A stretch of 64,000 bases of DNA, taken from positions 43,205-107,204 of the forward strand of contig WLHC01000001.1 in NCBI GenBank assembly GCA_009702925.1, read 5' to 3'. The position numbers and the translations under genes are program-made. The notes below the pieces were generated by a model, which had not been told where the DNA came from, did not search any database, and saw nothing but the letters and a program-made list of their open reading frames with translations. Positions 9,298 through 20,108 of the stretch are shown in pieces (positions within the stretch are counted from its first letter, which is position 1; the number at the start of each line of letters is the position of its first letter). The stretch comes from Actinomycetota bacterium. Lineage in GTDB: Bacteria > Actinomycetota > Actinomycetes > Nanopelagicales > Nanopelagicaceae.

Positions 9298-10662
9298 TTA
9301 ACCTGAGCGAGAACGAAATAATGCTAAATACATTGCATCAGTTCCGTGTTTATGAGTCCATAAAGAAAGTGCACCAGAGCGATCGGCGCCCAATAGATTA
9401 TCTGGCAAAAACGGAACCACAGAAATCTGTTCCAGGTGGGGAAAGGTACGCAATAAATCGGCCACTTGAACTGTGGTTTCGGCTAAATGAGGCGAGCAGG
9501 TTGCATAACCAAGAACGCCACACGGTGTTAATGCTGAAACTCCCGATGCTATGAGTTCACGTTGCAATTGAGTTAGAGCGCGAAGATCATTTAGGTCGCG
9601 ACGCCAACGCACTTCGGGCCGCCGACGCAACGCACCCAAACCTGTGCATGGTGCATCTATTAATATTGCATCGTATTTTTGATCCATTGAACCTATTTCG
9701 CGTCCATCTCCAACTAGAACCCGATCCCCGTGAACCACCTGTCTCACTAAATCAGCACGGCTGTTTGAAATCTCATTTGCAGTGAAGTTGATGGAACGTC
9801 CTCTTGCAATACTAGAAAGTAATGCTGCTTTGCCTCCTGGACCTGCACACATATCCAACCAATTCTCACCATTTGCGACCTTACTGAAAATCTCTGCCAC
9901 AAGTTGGGAACCCTCATCTTGCACGCCAGCTTTCCTAGCTTTAATTAAATCTAAGGTTCCAGGATTGCCTCTCCAATGTGCACCGTAAGGTGAAAATTCT
10001 GTAGGTAATCCCCCAACCTCTAGCAAGTCTTCAACTGTTGAAAATCCGGGCCAGGAAACAAGAGTTGGCGTAGCAGGTTCATTATTTATTTTTAGAGCTA
10101 GTTCAACTTCGGTCCAATCTTTCAACAAATCAAAATAGGCAGAGATGATCCACTCAGGATGTGAATAACGGATTGAGAATTGCTCAATAGGATCTTTAAT
10201 TAAATCTAATGGTGCAAACCACTCTTCCTTAGTGTTACGTACAACGCTTCGCAAAGCTGCATTTACGAAACTAGCTTTTGACTCCCCCAGGCGTTTTCGC
10301 GCAACCTCTACCGTGGCCGAAACGGCGGCGTGATCGGGGATGCGCATTTCATGAATCTGATGAATGCCAAAACGCAAAACATCAACTATTCCAGGGTCTA
10401 TCTCAGAAAACGCTCGATCACTAATCTGTTCAATAATCCAGTCATGTTTTCCTTGCATTCGAATAGTTCCATAAACAAGTTCTGTAACGAGAGACCTATC
10501 TCTTTCATCTAAGGAACTAGCAGTTAAGGCTTGTGGCGTAAGCAAGTTTGAATAGCCCAAATTTCGATTGACCTCAGTTATAAGATCAAAAGCGAGCAAT
10601 CTCGCCGCATCCGGCTTTGGAGATCTAAATGTTTTCCTGCCGGGCTCAACCAAAACAGGCAC
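9298..10662 (-). CDS. rsmB: 16S rRNA m5C967 methyltransferase RsmB/Fmu (start uncertain)
   Basis: NusB-like N-terminus (ELVYGTIR, FVNA), VQDEGSQ, DMCAGPGGK, DAPCTGLG and YATCS. Confidence 0.92.
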   Translation of the reverse strand: MPVLVEPGRKTFRSPKPDAARLLAFDLITEVNRNLGYSNLLTPQALTASSLDERDRSLVTELVYGTIRMQGKHDWIIEQISDRAFSEIDPGIVDVLRFGIHQIHEMRIPDHAAVSATVEVARKRLGESKASFVNAALRSVVRNTKEEWFAPLDLIKDPIEQFSIRYSHPEWIISAYFDLLKDWTEVELALKINNEPATPTLVSWPGFSTVEDLLEVGGLPTEFSPYGAHWRGNPGTLDLIKARKAGVQDEGSQLVAEIFSKVANGENWLDMCAGPGGKAALLSSIARGRSINFTANEISNSRADLVRQVVHGDRVLVGDGREIGSMDQKYDAILIDAPCTGLGALRRRPEVRWRRDLNDLRALTQLQRELIASGVSALTPCGVLGYATCSPHLAETTVQVADLLRTFPHLEQISVVPFLPDNLLGADRSGALSLWTHKHGTDAMYLALFRSRSG

Positions 10663-11554
10663 CTTGTTCTAACCGTGCACCACGGCTCCAATCGATGGCG
10701 CTCATCTCTCGTTTTCCAGATGGCGTCACCTTTAAGAGTTCCAAACTCGTTGAACTGCCACAGGAAACAATCACCTTTTGATCAAAAATATAAACTTCAC
10801 CTGGACTACCTTGCGAATGATCAATCTCTTTAGCGTCGGATATTTTGAAAGGTTCTTGATTAAACACCGTCCATGCTCCTGGTTCGTATGTGAAAGCCTT
10901 AATTCTTCGCAAGACTGTATGGGCTGGAAGATCAAAATCGATTTTTGCCTCGATCTTTGAAATCTTAGCCGCATAAGATGTTGGACCAATTTGTGGCAGT
11001 GGCTCAACGCCCAATTCGATCTTATTTATTGCTTCTTTGATAACAGCAACTCCAAGCTCGGATAATTCCTGTAAAAGTTCAAAGCTCCTCCACGTCGGCT
11101 CAATGGCAAGCGTTGCTTGTGAATAAATTGGTCCTGTATCTAAACCTTTATCAAGTTTGAAGACTGTAACGCCGCTTTCTGACTCGCCATTTTCCAATGC
11201 GCGTTGAACTGGCGCAGCGCCGCGATACGCAGGCAATAATGAGAAGTGGAGATTTAAGAATCCATAAAGAGGAAGGTTAAGTAAGTTGTCAGGAAGAATT
11301 ACGCCATAACCGATCGTAACGATCAGATCAAATTTTGCTGCAACAGGTAACAATTCCGATGATGCATCAGGTTTGATCACCTCAATTTTTTTCTCACGAG
11401 CCCACACGGAGACCGCACTTTCGGTAGTTTTCTGACCTCTCCCGGATGGCCTGTCAGGCTGTGTAATTATCAGATCTAATTGATGTTCAGATGAAAGCAG
11501 CCAATCCAATGTCGGTATAGCAACACCTGGGGTCGCAGCAACAGCAATACGCAC
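10646..11554 (-). CDS. fmt: Methionyl-tRNA formyltransferase
   Basis: TQPDRPSGRG, NLHFSLLPAYRGAAP and GLDTGP. Confidence 0.95.
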   Translation of the reverse strand: MRIAVAATPGVAIPTLDWLLSSEHQLDLIITQPDRPSGRGQKTTESAVSVWAREKKIEVIKPDASSELLPVAAKFDLIVTIGYGVILPDNLLNLPLYGFLNLHFSLLPAYRGAAPVQRALENGESESGVTVFKLDKGLDTGPIYSQATLAIEPTWRSFELLQELSELGVAVIKEAINKIELGVEPLPQIGPTSYAAKISKIEAKIDFDLPAHTVLRRIKAFTYEPGAWTVFNQEPFKISDAKEIDHSQGSPGEVYIFDQKVIVSCGSSTSLELLKVTPSGKREMSAIDWSRGARLEQGACFG

Positions 11555-12114
11555 TAAGTATTCCGTCCGAACATCGAGTGAGGCGATTCTTTAATCGAAA
11601 CCTTGAAGCCTGCTTCGGAAGCCTGTGAAAACCAATCTGATTCGCGTATTTCTTTCATTGCTAGTTTTCGATTAGTTTTTGAAAGCTTATCGATGAAGAG
11701 CACTCCATTTAGATGATCGTTCTCATGTTGGAGGGCGCGTGCTAGAAACTCCGTTCCTTCAATTGTTACGGGTTCACCATGCATATTAAAGCCTTTGGCC
11801 ACAACGTGCATGGATCTAGGCGTGTCATAGCGAATCTCGGGAAAAGACAGGCAACCCTCTTCCCCGTCTTGCATTTCATCACTGAGATCAAGTGTTGGAT
11901 TAACAAGGTGACCCAATGCTTCATCAACATCCCATACAAAGACTCTAAGTGGAACACCAATCTGCGGAGCTGCCAACCCTGCGCCAGGAGCATCGAGCAT
12001 TGTTTGCGTTAAATCGGCTACAAGAGTGCGCAATTCTTTATCAAAAGTGGTGACATCTGATGCAGGTGTTGTAAGGACCGGATCACCAAATAACCGGATC
12101 GGTTGAATTGACAT
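11554..12114 (-). CDS. def: Peptide deformylase
   Basis: GAGLAAPQIG, EGCLS and QHENDHLNG. Confidence 0.96.
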   Translation of the reverse strand: MSIQPIRLFGDPVLTTPASDVTTFDKELRTLVADLTQTMLDAPGAGLAAPQIGVPLRVFVWDVDEALGHLVNPTLDLSDEMQDGEEGCLSFPEIRYDTPRSMHVVAKGFNMHGEPVTIEGTEFLARALQHENDHLNGVLFIDKLSKTNRKLAMKEIRESDWFSQASEAGFKVSIKESPHSMFGRNT

Positions 12115-12134
12115 GAGTCAATACTACCAACGCT

Positions 12135-14051
12135 TTAGAGGGAATAAGGCTCTAATCGCAATGTCAACAAATCTTTCCTAGCGACGCTGCGTTTTTTCTG
12201 TAGTTCGTGCAAGAAAGATTGCAAGACACCTGCCTCACTGCGATCGCAATATAGAACTATTTTGGACTGACTCTTTGCAATAGGTGTGGGACCAAAAACT
12301 TGAACTGATGGCGGCAATCTATTGTCATTGATGGCTTTGCGTAGCCCTGTTGCTATAGAAATGCTCTCTTTTTCAGAGACGATAAGAACTGCAGATGCTA
12401 CATAGGGTGGAAGATTAAGTTCCTTTCGTTCGAAAAGATCACGCTTCAAAATAGGAACAACATTCCAACGTGTGACCGCTGCAACTATCGGATGTACGGT
12501 GTCAATAACCATGATTACGTTACCGCTATGGCCGGCCAAAGATGCAGTTTCGAAAATGGTCTCCCGTGCTCGTTCTGGCGTGCGAATATCTGTATGTGAA
12601 AACAATCTGATTGCATCCAAAATAACCACGGCAGCATAACCACCTTTTACTCTTGGCTGCGCCCCCGGTGTTGAGAGAACTAGTGAAGATTTAGCTTCAA
12701 TGTGATCTTTAATTACATCCCCTGCTGAGATGATCACAGGCGTTCCAGGAAATGCCCGAGAGATTTCTTCTGATGCCCTTTCAATTCCACGGCCTGCAAG
12801 ATACTGAGAACTTCCCTTACAAAAAACGCACGTCCACTCCTTATAGTTCTTTCCGCAATGAACGCATATTGGTGGAATCAATCGGCCTCCAACCTGTAAA
12901 CGACCACCACAATCACATTGAGCGATGTTTCTGCATTGTGCACACAGGAGCGCGTTTCCATAACCTTTCCTTGCTGCTAGAAAAAGCACTGGGCCATTCT
13001 TAAGGGCTTTTCTTATCTCCGGAAAGATTCTTCCGGGCAAGAGTGTTCCTAGATCCGGATTAAAGGCGTGTACAACTACAGAACGCTGATGTGGTTCAAA
13101 CTCACTCTCTCCTTCATCAATTGCATGCGCCATTTGCAGCGATGGGCAAAACCCAACGGTAATCAAATTCACCTTTTCTAACGTTGAACGTTTTGTTGCC
13201 ACATCCTTACTATTCCAACCTGGAGATCGGATTTCGTAATGCTCAGGTGAAGATTCTTTAAAGATGATAATTGTTGAAAGTTCGGAAACTGGTGCAAAAA
13301 TGGCACTTCGCGTCCCGACAACTATTTTTTTGTTGTTACTTAGGCATTTGAGAAAATTTGCATATCTTTGTTCACGCGACATTGAAGCGGTTAGTTTTAA
13401 GACAGGTTTTTTGGCTGACGCAAGATGATGAATAATTTGATCAACATCGCTCTCATCTGGAGCAACGATTAGCACATTTCCTTTAGCAAGATGGCTCTCT
13501 GCGATAGATGCCACCTGTTCAGAAGCATCGATGGAAGGAGCCAACTGTATGAAACGTGATTCTATTTTCTTCAAATCTCGCAATCTTGTTGACTTTGTAG
13601 GCTGCAATTGGTTTTCTAGTAAAAGCTCTTTAGTGGCCACTTTCTTGTCGACGGAGGCAACTCTGGGTGGGATAGCTGAGCGGATAACATCCCAAGGATT
13701 GCAAGCGTAATCGCAAGCAATGTCATCTATTAATTTGAGTGAGTCAGCTGTTGCTACCGGATAGGGAGAGAGAATCTTGGAAATAGATTTAATTGTTCCG
13801 GCACGTTCTGGATGTGCGACACGTTCAACGATTATTCCTTCAACTTCTTTGTTACCAAAAGGTATTTGAATTCGAATTCCAACAGTAGCTAAATTGGTGA
13901 ATTTCTCAGGAACAGAGTAGTCATAGAGTTCATCAAGGTGAAAAACACCGGTATCAACACGAACTTTGACATACGCGAGGGAAGAGGCTTTGGGACCGGA
14001 CGGCGCTGCAGCAACTTCGGCTCTTAAGCGAAAAAGCCTAGAGGTTGCCAC
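12135..14051 (-). CDS. priA: Primosomal protein N' (actinobacterial type, degenerate helicase motifs)
   Basis: N-terminal 3'-binding domain (YDYSVP...IPFG), VGTRSAIFAP, Cys-rich CAQC..CDC..CVHC..CVFC, GIERASEE, R.ELNLPP. Syntenic after metK. Confidence 0.88.
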   Translation of the reverse strand: MATSRLFRLRAEVAAAPSGPKASSLAYVKVRVDTGVFHLDELYDYSVPEKFTNLATVGIRIQIPFGNKEVEGIIVERVAHPERAGTIKSISKILSPYPVATADSLKLIDDIACDYACNPWDVIRSAIPPRVASVDKKVATKELLLENQLQPTKSTRLRDLKKIESRFIQLAPSIDASEQVASIAESHLAKGNVLIVAPDESDVDQIIHHLASAKKPVLKLTASMSREQRYANFLKCLSNNKKIVVGTRSAIFAPVSELSTIIIFKESSPEHYEIRSPGWNSKDVATKRSTLEKVNLITVGFCPSLQMAHAIDEGESEFEPHQRSVVVHAFNPDLGTLLPGRIFPEIRKALKNGPVLFLAARKGYGNALLCAQCRNIAQCDCGGRLQVGGRLIPPICVHCGKNYKEWTCVFCKGSSQYLAGRGIERASEEISRAFPGTPVIISAGDVIKDHIEAKSSLVLSTPGAQPRVKGGYAAVVILDAIRLFSHTDIRTPERARETIFETASLAGHSGNVIMVIDTVHPIVAAVTRWNVVPILKRDLFERKELNLPPYVASAVLIVSEKESISIATGLRKAINDNRLPPSVQVFGPTPIAKSQSKIVLYCDRSEAGVLQSFLHELQKKRSVARKDLLTLRLEPYSL

Positions 14052-14064
14052 AAGATGTTCCTAT

Positions 14065-15255
14065 TTATTTAATTGCGTTTTGAAGTGCAGAAGTTCGATC
14101 CGTGCGCTCCCAAGCAAACTCTGGAAGTTCGCGTCCAAAGTGTCCATATGCACTCGTTAGTGAGTAGATGGGGCGTAGTAATTCCAAATCTCTAATGATT
14201 GCAGCAGGACGTAGGTCAAATGTCGAAATAACAGCATCCTGAATCTTTGAAACAGGAACAGTTTCGGTCCCAAAAGTTTCTACAAAAACTCCAACTGGCT
14301 GGGCTTTACCGATCGCATATGCAACCTGGACTTCACATCTTTTAGCCAAACCGGCCGCAACAACATTCTTTGCCACCCAACGCATGGCATAAGCAGCCGA
14401 GCGATCAACCTTTGATGGATCCTTGCCGCTAAATGCCCCACCTCCGTGACGCGCCATTCCACCGTAAGTATCAACGATAATTTTTCTACCTGTTAGCCCT
14501 GCATCTCCCATAGGACCGCCGATTACAAAGCGACCCGTCGGATTTATCAGAGTTCGTAAGTTACTCTTTGGAAGATCTATCAACTTTAGAATCGGATCTA
14601 TAACATGCTCAATAATCTCCGGTGTTAGCTTCTTTGCCACATCTACATTTTCTGAATGCTGGCTAGAAATGACTACCGTATCGATAGCAATGGCCTTGTC
14701 ACCTTCATATTCGATGGTTACCTGTGTTTTGCCGTCAGGTCTAAGGTACGCGAGTTCTCCAGACTTTCTAACTTTGGTCAACTGAGCAGCCAATGCGTGT
14801 GCCAACCAGATTGGAAGTGGCATTAATTCTTTGGTGTCATCGCATGCATAGCCAAACATTAATCCTTGATCTCCAGCGCCTTGAAGGTCTAATGGATCAA
14901 CTGCGGCAGAGACTCTATGTTCATATGCATCATCGACACCAGCTGCAATATCTTGTGATTGTTGACCAATAGAGATCGAAACGCCGCAGGAATTTCCATC
15001 AAAACCCTTATCGGAAGAGTCATATCCAATATCTAAAACAGTATCTCGGACTATACCCATCACATCGGCATATCCATTAGTTGTTACTTCGCCAGCAACA
15101 TGAACTTGACCTGTTGTGATCAAGGTTTCAACAGCCACTCGACTTGTTTTATCTTGAGAAATCAATGAATCCAAAACAGCGTCTGATATTGCATCTGCAA
15201 TTTTATCTGGATGTCCCTCGGTCACTGATTCTGATGTAAAAAGGCGTTTTGACAT
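14065..15255 (-). CDS. metK: S-adenosylmethionine synthetase
   Basis: [19 protein letters not shown] and GGGAFSGKD. Confidence 0.98.
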   Translation of the reverse strand: MSKRLFTSESVTEGHPDKIADAISDAVLDSLISQDKTSRVAVETLITTGQVHVAGEVTTNGYADVMGIVRDTVLDIGYDSSDKGFDGNSCGVSISIGQQSQDIAAGVDDAYEHRVSAAVDPLDLQGAGDQGLMFGYACDDTKELMPLPIWLAHALAAQLTKVRKSGELAYLRPDGKTQVTIEYEGDKAIAIDTVVISSQHSENVDVAKKLTPEIIEHVIDPILKLIDLPKSNLRTLINPTGRFVIGGPMGDAGLTGRKIIVDTYGGMARHGGGAFSGKDPSKVDRSAAYAMRWVAKNVVAAGLAKRCEVQVAYAIGKAQPVGVFVETFGTETVPVSKIQDAVISTFDLRPAAIIRDLELLRPIYSLTSAYGHFGRELPEFAWERTDRTSALQNAIK

Positions 15256-15257
15256 TT

Positions 15258-16442
15258 TCAACCAATCTGTCGGATGGCTTGATCAAGGAGTAGATTACCG
15301 AGAGCGTCTTTGGAGGTTTCCTTGACCGCTATATCTGCATCATTGCGTGTGAGTATCGTACCCATAGTCTGATCTTTGCCAAAAATAGCCCCGCCTGAAA
15401 CATCGTTGACATATATAACATCCATCCCTTTGCTCTCAAGTTTCCTGCGTGCTTCGATGAGATGGTCTTTCGTTTCAGCAGCAAATCCAACGATAATCTG
15501 GTTCGTTTTTCCTTTGCTGATATCGGCTAGAAGATCCATATTAGGAACAAGTTCAATACTGCCAAGCATTGCCTTTTTAATCTTGTCTATCGAGGTCCAT
15601 TTAGGTTTAGCATCCGCAACCGCTGCGCTCATGATGAGAATGTCGATTTCTGGAAACCTTTCCAGAAGTGCTTCATGCATCTCCTGTGTTGTAACGACAT
15701 GAGTAGTTTCTATTCCCATTACCTGGTTTTCATCCACATTGGCAGCGATCAAATGAACGTCCGCTCCTCGTCGTATTGCCGCCTTAGCAATTGCAACACC
15801 TTGTTTTCCAGAAGATCTGTTTCCAATGAATCGAACTGGGTCAATGTTCTCACGGGTGCCACCTGCTGTTATAAGAATTCGCTTGCCAGTTAGATCTGAA
15901 ATATTTCCAGTCAACTGGTCAAACTCATACACGATGGAAGCGGTCTCAGGGAAACGTCCTGGTCCAATATCACTGCCGGTTAAACGACCAACAACCGGCT
16001 CCATAACTTCGAAGCCTCTGGTACGAAGTACTTGAACATTCGCGACCGTTGCCGCATCTAGCCACATTGAAGGATGCATGGCCGGTATTAGCATCTTTGG
16101 AACATCTGAGGCCAAAACCAAATTGGTCAAAAGATCATCGGCTCTTCCGGCAGCTAACCTTGCGATGAGATCGGCAGTAGCTGGAGCGATGATAAAAAAC
16201 TTTGCTTTTTCAGCTACCGATATATGAGGAACTAAATGAACATCTTCCCAAACCTGGGTATTGACCGGACGACCCGAAAGTGCCTCCCATGTCGCCTTAC
16301 CCACAAAGTTTAGAGATGAAGGAGTGGGTACTACCGTTATCTGATAACCGCGATCCTGAAGTCTCCGAAGTAGTTCACACGACTTATAGGCTGCTATTCC
16401 GCCGCCCACACCTAAAACAATCTCTGGACCGATTTGGGACAT
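15258..16442 (-). CDS. coaBC: Phosphopantothenoylcysteine decarboxylase/ligase
   Basis: [39 protein letters not shown] and GFAAET. Confidence 0.96.
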   Translation of the reverse strand: MSQIGPEIVLGVGGGIAAYKSCELLRRLQDRGYQITVVPTPSSLNFVGKATWEALSGRPVNTQVWEDVHLVPHISVAEKAKFFIIAPATADLIARLAAGRADDLLTNLVLASDVPKMLIPAMHPSMWLDAATVANVQVLRTRGFEVMEPVVGRLTGSDIGPGRFPETASIVYEFDQLTGNISDLTGKRILITAGGTRENIDPVRFIGNRSSGKQGVAIAKAAIRRGADVHLIAANVDENQVMGIETTHVVTTQEMHEALLERFPEIDILIMSAAVADAKPKWTSIDKIKKAMLGSIELVPNMDLLADISKGKTNQIIVGFAAETKDHLIEARRKLESKGMDVIYVNDVSGGAIFGKDQTMGTILTRNDADIAVKETSKDALGNLLLDQAIRQIG

Positions 16443-16469
16443 GTCTGATCCTTGAAATTAAAAGATAGT

Positions 16470-16718
16470 TTATGCAGTCGGTTCTAGATTTTCGATTGTG
16501 AGTAAGCCTTCATTGATCTCACGGAGTGCAATAGAAAGTGGCTTCTCGTGAACATGAGTTTCAACCAACGGACCAACGTATTCAAGTAGACCTTCGCCTA
16601 ACTGAGAGTAATAAGCGTTAATTTGACGAGCGCGCTTGGCCGCATACAAAACCAAACTGTACTTAGAACCACTCTTATCTAGTAGTTCGTCAATTGGTGG
16701 ATTAGTAATGCCATCCAT
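16470..16718 (-). CDS. rpoZ: RNA polymerase omega subunit
   Basis: [26 protein letters not shown]...[11 protein letters not shown]. Confidence 0.96.
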   Translation of the reverse strand: MDGITNPPIDELLDKSGSKYSLVLYAAKRARQINAYYSQLGEGLLEYVGPLVETHVHEKPLSIALREINEGLLTIENLEPTA

Positions 16719-16742
16719 GATTATCTCCGCTTCATCAAAGAG

Positions 16743-17615
16743 TTAGGAGGCCAACTCTATCAGTTTCTTTACTACACCCTCGACCTCATCATTTACTAGG
16801 ACCACATCAAAGGAAGAGGCAGCCTCAAGTTCCGCCTGAGCTAATTCAAGCCTATGTGCTCGACGAACTTCATCATCTGTCCCCCGGCCCTCTAATCGAG
16901 CGACAAGTTCTTCCCAAGAAGGGGGCTCTAGAAAAACTAAAATTGATTTGGGCAAATGAGCCTTCACCTGTTTGGCGCCGTCGATTTCAATCTCAAGCAG
17001 TACGTTCTTTCCCAGGAGTAATGCCTGCTCAACTTTATCTTGAGTTGTCCCATATCTGTTGCCTGCAAATTCGGCCCATTCCAAAAATTCACCGTTATTG
17101 ATCATTGTTTGAAAAACTTCATGTGAAACAAAATTGTAATCTCGACCATCTACTTCATTAACACGTGGATCCCTCGTTGTGTAGCTAACGCTGACCCAAA
17201 AATCCCCCACCTCGCGGAGCTTTTTTGCGACAGTGCTCTTTCCCACACCACCCGGCCCTGAAAGAACCAAGAGTTTTCCGGGGGTAACTGCGTGTGCTGA
17301 CTTCATGAACTCATTTCTAATCTGTGTTATCTGATGTCGCCCTAAACCTTTTACTCGCCGCGTTGGAGATATCTCCAATCGCTCCATCATTGTTAGTGCC
17401 CTTACTTTACCGACTCCGGATAGGGATTCAAGAAGTTCACGAACCCGCATATTGGCCACGGCTTCATCTGTTCTTGCTAACTCTAAAACCGCCTCAATGT
17501 CCAGGGTTCCATGTTTGAGTTCAGACTTCACAAACGCTCTGCGTTTTCTAGAAGTTGCGGCCTTTTCTAACGCTTTCAAACGTTGTTCGTCCGTCAAACG
17601 TGGAGGTAGAGCCAT
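16743..17615 (-). CDS. gmk: Fusion of mIHF (actinobacterial integration host factor, aa ~1-103) and guanylate kinase (aa ~104-290)
   Basis: N-terminus MALPPRLTDEQRLKALEKAA..R..RA..K...LLESLSGVGKVRA..MERLEISPTRRVKGLG is mIHF. C-terminus SGPGGVGKST, SVSYTTR.PR..E.DG.DY.F, FLEWAEF.GNRYGT is Gmk. No stop codon lies between them. Confidence 0.92.
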   Translation of the reverse strand: MALPPRLTDEQRLKALEKAATSRKRRAFVKSELKHGTLDIEAVLELARTDEAVANMRVRELLESLSGVGKVRALTMMERLEISPTRRVKGLGRHQITQIRNEFMKSAHAVTPGKLLVLSGPGGVGKSTVAKKLREVGDFWVSVSYTTRDPRVNEVDGRDYNFVSHEVFQTMINNGEFLEWAEFAGNRYGTTQDKVEQALLLGKNVLLEIEIDGAKQVKAHLPKSILVFLEPPSWEELVARLEGRGTDDEVRRAHRLELAQAELEAASSFDVVLVNDEVEGVVKKLIELAS

Positions 17616-17624
17616 GAGAGAAAC

Positions 17625-18335
17625 TTACTCGCTAATCAAAAGTTGGGCGGCTATCTCTACGGCAGCCTCTCTCATAGCTGAACTTCCCTCACTCCAATTT
17701 TGTGTGATCGGGCGACCGATTACTACCAAAGAGGCACCGGCTGAGATTGCATCACGAGGAGTCATCGTGCGAACTTGATCGTCAACTTTGCCCGCTCCTG
17801 CAGGTCTGACGCCTGGAGTGATGATTATTGGATCTAAGCCAATGGCTTCTCGAATCGCGCTGATCTCTAAGGGCGAGCAAACGATAGCGCGAGCACCAGA
17901 TGCAACCGCCAATTTTGCTAAACGCACAGCACTTTCTAATGCGGGTTCTGCAAATCCAATTGATTTTACATCGCTATCACCTAGAGAGGTAAGAATGGTT
18001 ACTCCCGTAATGTAGCTATCAGGAATAGCGTCGGCGGCTGCGCGGATCATGGCAGCACCCCCTGATGCGTGAACCGTTAAAAACTTGGGTGCCAGACCAT
18101 TTATCGCTTTAGTTGCGCCAACGACAGTATGTGGAATGTCATGAAGTTTCAAGTCGAGAAAAATATCCGAATCAGTTTCGTCTTGGATAGCCTTTACACC
18201 AGAGCTACCGAAAGTTAAGAAAAATTCAAGACCTAGTTTGTAGACCGATATCAATCCTTCTGTGGCCTTTACCCATGCAATCGCAACCTTGAGATCTGAG
18301 GTATCAACCGCAAGAATTATCGGTGCTTTACTCAT
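17625..18335 (-). CDS. pyrF: Orotidine-5'-phosphate decarboxylase
   Basis: KLGLE, FLDLKLHDIPHTV, TPGVRP, DDQ.R and VIGRPIT. Start ATG 18335 overlaps the pyrD stop. Confidence 0.96.
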   Translation of the reverse strand: MSKAPIILAVDTSDLKVAIAWVKATEGLISVYKLGLEFFLTFGSSGVKAIQDETDSDIFLDLKLHDIPHTVVGATKAINGLAPKFLTVHASGGAAMIRAAADAIPDSYITGVTILTSLGDSDVKSIGFAEPALESAVRLAKLAVASGARAIVCSPLEISAIREAIGLDPIIITPGVRPAGAGKVDDQVRTMTPRDAISAGASLVVIGRPITQNWSEGSSAMREAAVEIAAQLLISE

Positions 18336-19275
18336 TTGTGACTTCTTCCACGCGATGGGCATAACCAATCGCGTCCTTTAGAGATTTGAATCCGCGGTCA
18401 ATTAGCATCTGTTTCAACTCACTTTGAATCGACATGATCGCAGTTGGATTTCCGAAACTAGCAGTACCAATTGATACTCCACTTGCGCCGGCCAAAATCA
18501 TCTCTAACGCATCCTTTCCATTTGCAATACCCCCCATGCCCAGTATCGGCGTTTTCGGAAGCGCTGCATGAACCTGATAAACCGCTCTCACTGCTATCGG
18601 TCGAATTGCAGGACCAGAGAGTCCACCAGTTTTTCCACCAAGTTGGGGGCGCATGGTGTTTACATTTATAACCATTCCCAGCACTGTATTAATCAAAGCC
18701 AAACCATCAGCACCTGCATCTACTACGCCCCGTGCAATCGATACTAAATCTGTTACATCTGGTGAAAGTTTGGCGATTATCGGTAACTCTCCCCCGAGCG
18801 TCCTTCTTACTCCATCGATCACACGACGAGAAGCATCTGGATCACATGCGAAAACTAGGCCGCGATTTTCTACATTAGGACATGAGATGTTAACTTCAAC
18901 GGCGCTAATGCCAGAAACAGATCGCAGCTTTCTTGCAAGGGTTGAATACTCTTCAACTGTTTCACCAGCTATAGAGACGATCACTCTTGCTTTCTGTTCT
19001 ACAAGGTAGGGAATGTCTTGAGCCAAAAACGCATCGATTCCTGGTCCTTGCAAACCGATTGAATTAAGCATGCCACTTGGAGTTTCCGCCATTCGCGGAG
19101 TTGGGCGACCTGGACGCACACGAGACATGACGGATTTTGTAACGACTCCACCCATTTCTCGAAGAGGGAAAAATTGCGCTAGTTCTCGTCCAGAACTTGC
19201 ACAACCGCTTGCTGTAAATGTCGGTGCTGGAAACCATGCATTTCCAATTGTCGTAGAAAAATCTATTGTCGTCAT
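18328..19275 (-). CDS. pyrD: Dihydroorotate dehydrogenase family 1B, catalytic subunit
   Basis: ASGC, GMLNSIGLQGPG, NISCPNV, KLSP and GGLSGPAIRP. Confidence 0.95.
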   Translation of the reverse strand: MTTIDFSTTIGNAWFPAPTFTASGCASSGRELAQFFPLREMGGVVTKSVMSRVRPGRPTPRMAETPSGMLNSIGLQGPGIDAFLAQDIPYLVEQKARVIVSIAGETVEEYSTLARKLRSVSGISAVEVNISCPNVENRGLVFACDPDASRRVIDGVRRTLGGELPIIAKLSPDVTDLVSIARGVVDAGADGLALINTVLGMVINVNTMRPQLGGKTGGLSGPAIRPIAVRAVYQVHAALPKTPILGMGGIANGKDALEMILAGASGVSIGTASFGNPTAIMSIQSELKQMLIDRGFKSLKDAIGYAHRVEEVTNE

Positions 19276-20108
19276 AATGCTTTACCAACCTGGTTCCAAC
19301 TCACTGATGAACCATCCATAACCGGCCCATCGATACAGGATCGCAACATTGAAACCGACCCATCTTCACCTTGTACCGGTAAGACGCACGTCATACAGAT
19401 ACCAATTCCGCAAGCCATTGATTCTTCAACCGAACATTGATGGACAACGTCTAACGCTTTTGTAATCGTTGTAATCGCAGAGAGCATAGACATTGGGCCG
19501 CAGGAATAGACCACAGCAGCTTTGAGATCCTTTATTTGTTCATATAAATTATCTGTGACGCGACCAGTTTGTCCGGCCGACCCGTCCTCGGTATAGATAC
19601 GCATAGTGTTTACTGCACGTTTGCCCTCCATGGGTGCATAAATATTTGAGGAGGTACTTGCTCCCAAAATCATGTCGACTCGAGAGCCCCGCGCATTTAA
19701 TATTTCCGCCAAACCAAAAAGTGGAGCCGAACCGTATCCACCGCCCACTAACAACACTGGAACAGGCTCTGTGGGAACTCCAAAAGCCGTTCCTAATGGG
19801 ACAACGATGTCGATTAAATCTCCTTCGATTCGATCGCAGAGCCATGTGCTTCCCTGTCCACCAGGTGCAACAATCAACTCCATTGTTCCGCCTGTGGCAG
19901 AACTAGTTGAAACTCTAGAAATTGCAAAAGCTCGCCTCAACACAAGTGCGGAGTTCTCCCCGCCAACCTTGATTGCTACAAAGTTGCCCGGCTTACATTT
20001 TTGAGCAAGATCACCAATGTTTACAATAATCTGATGATAAGTACCCACACGTTTATTGGAGGCTATCGGAGCCAGTACTTGCTTGGCATTCTTGTTTATC
20101 GGGCTCAC
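19272..20108 (-). CDS. pyrK: Dihydroorotate dehydrogenase electron-transfer subunit
   Basis: LRRAFAI, GGGYGSAP, CGP and the [2Fe-2S] motif MACGIGICMTC...C.DGPV. Confidence 0.93.
   Translation of the reverse strand: MSPINKNAKQVLAPIASNKRVGTYHQIIVNIGDLAQKCKPGNFVAIKVGGENSALVLRRAFAISRVSTSSATGGTMELIVAPGGQGSTWLCDRIEGDLIDIVVPLGTAFGVPTEPVPVLLVGGGYGSAPLFGLAEILNARGSRVDMILGASTSSNIYAPMEGKRAVNTMRIYTEDGSAGQTGRVTDNLYEQIKDLKAAVVYSCGPMSMLSAITTITKALDVVHQCSVEESMACGIGICMTCVLPVQGEDGSVSMLRSCIDGPVMDGSSVSWNQVGKAL

Noticed and set aside
15256-15300. SAM riboswitch upstream of metK
   Set aside because: metK directly abuts coaBC, leaving no leader space and no aptamer motif.
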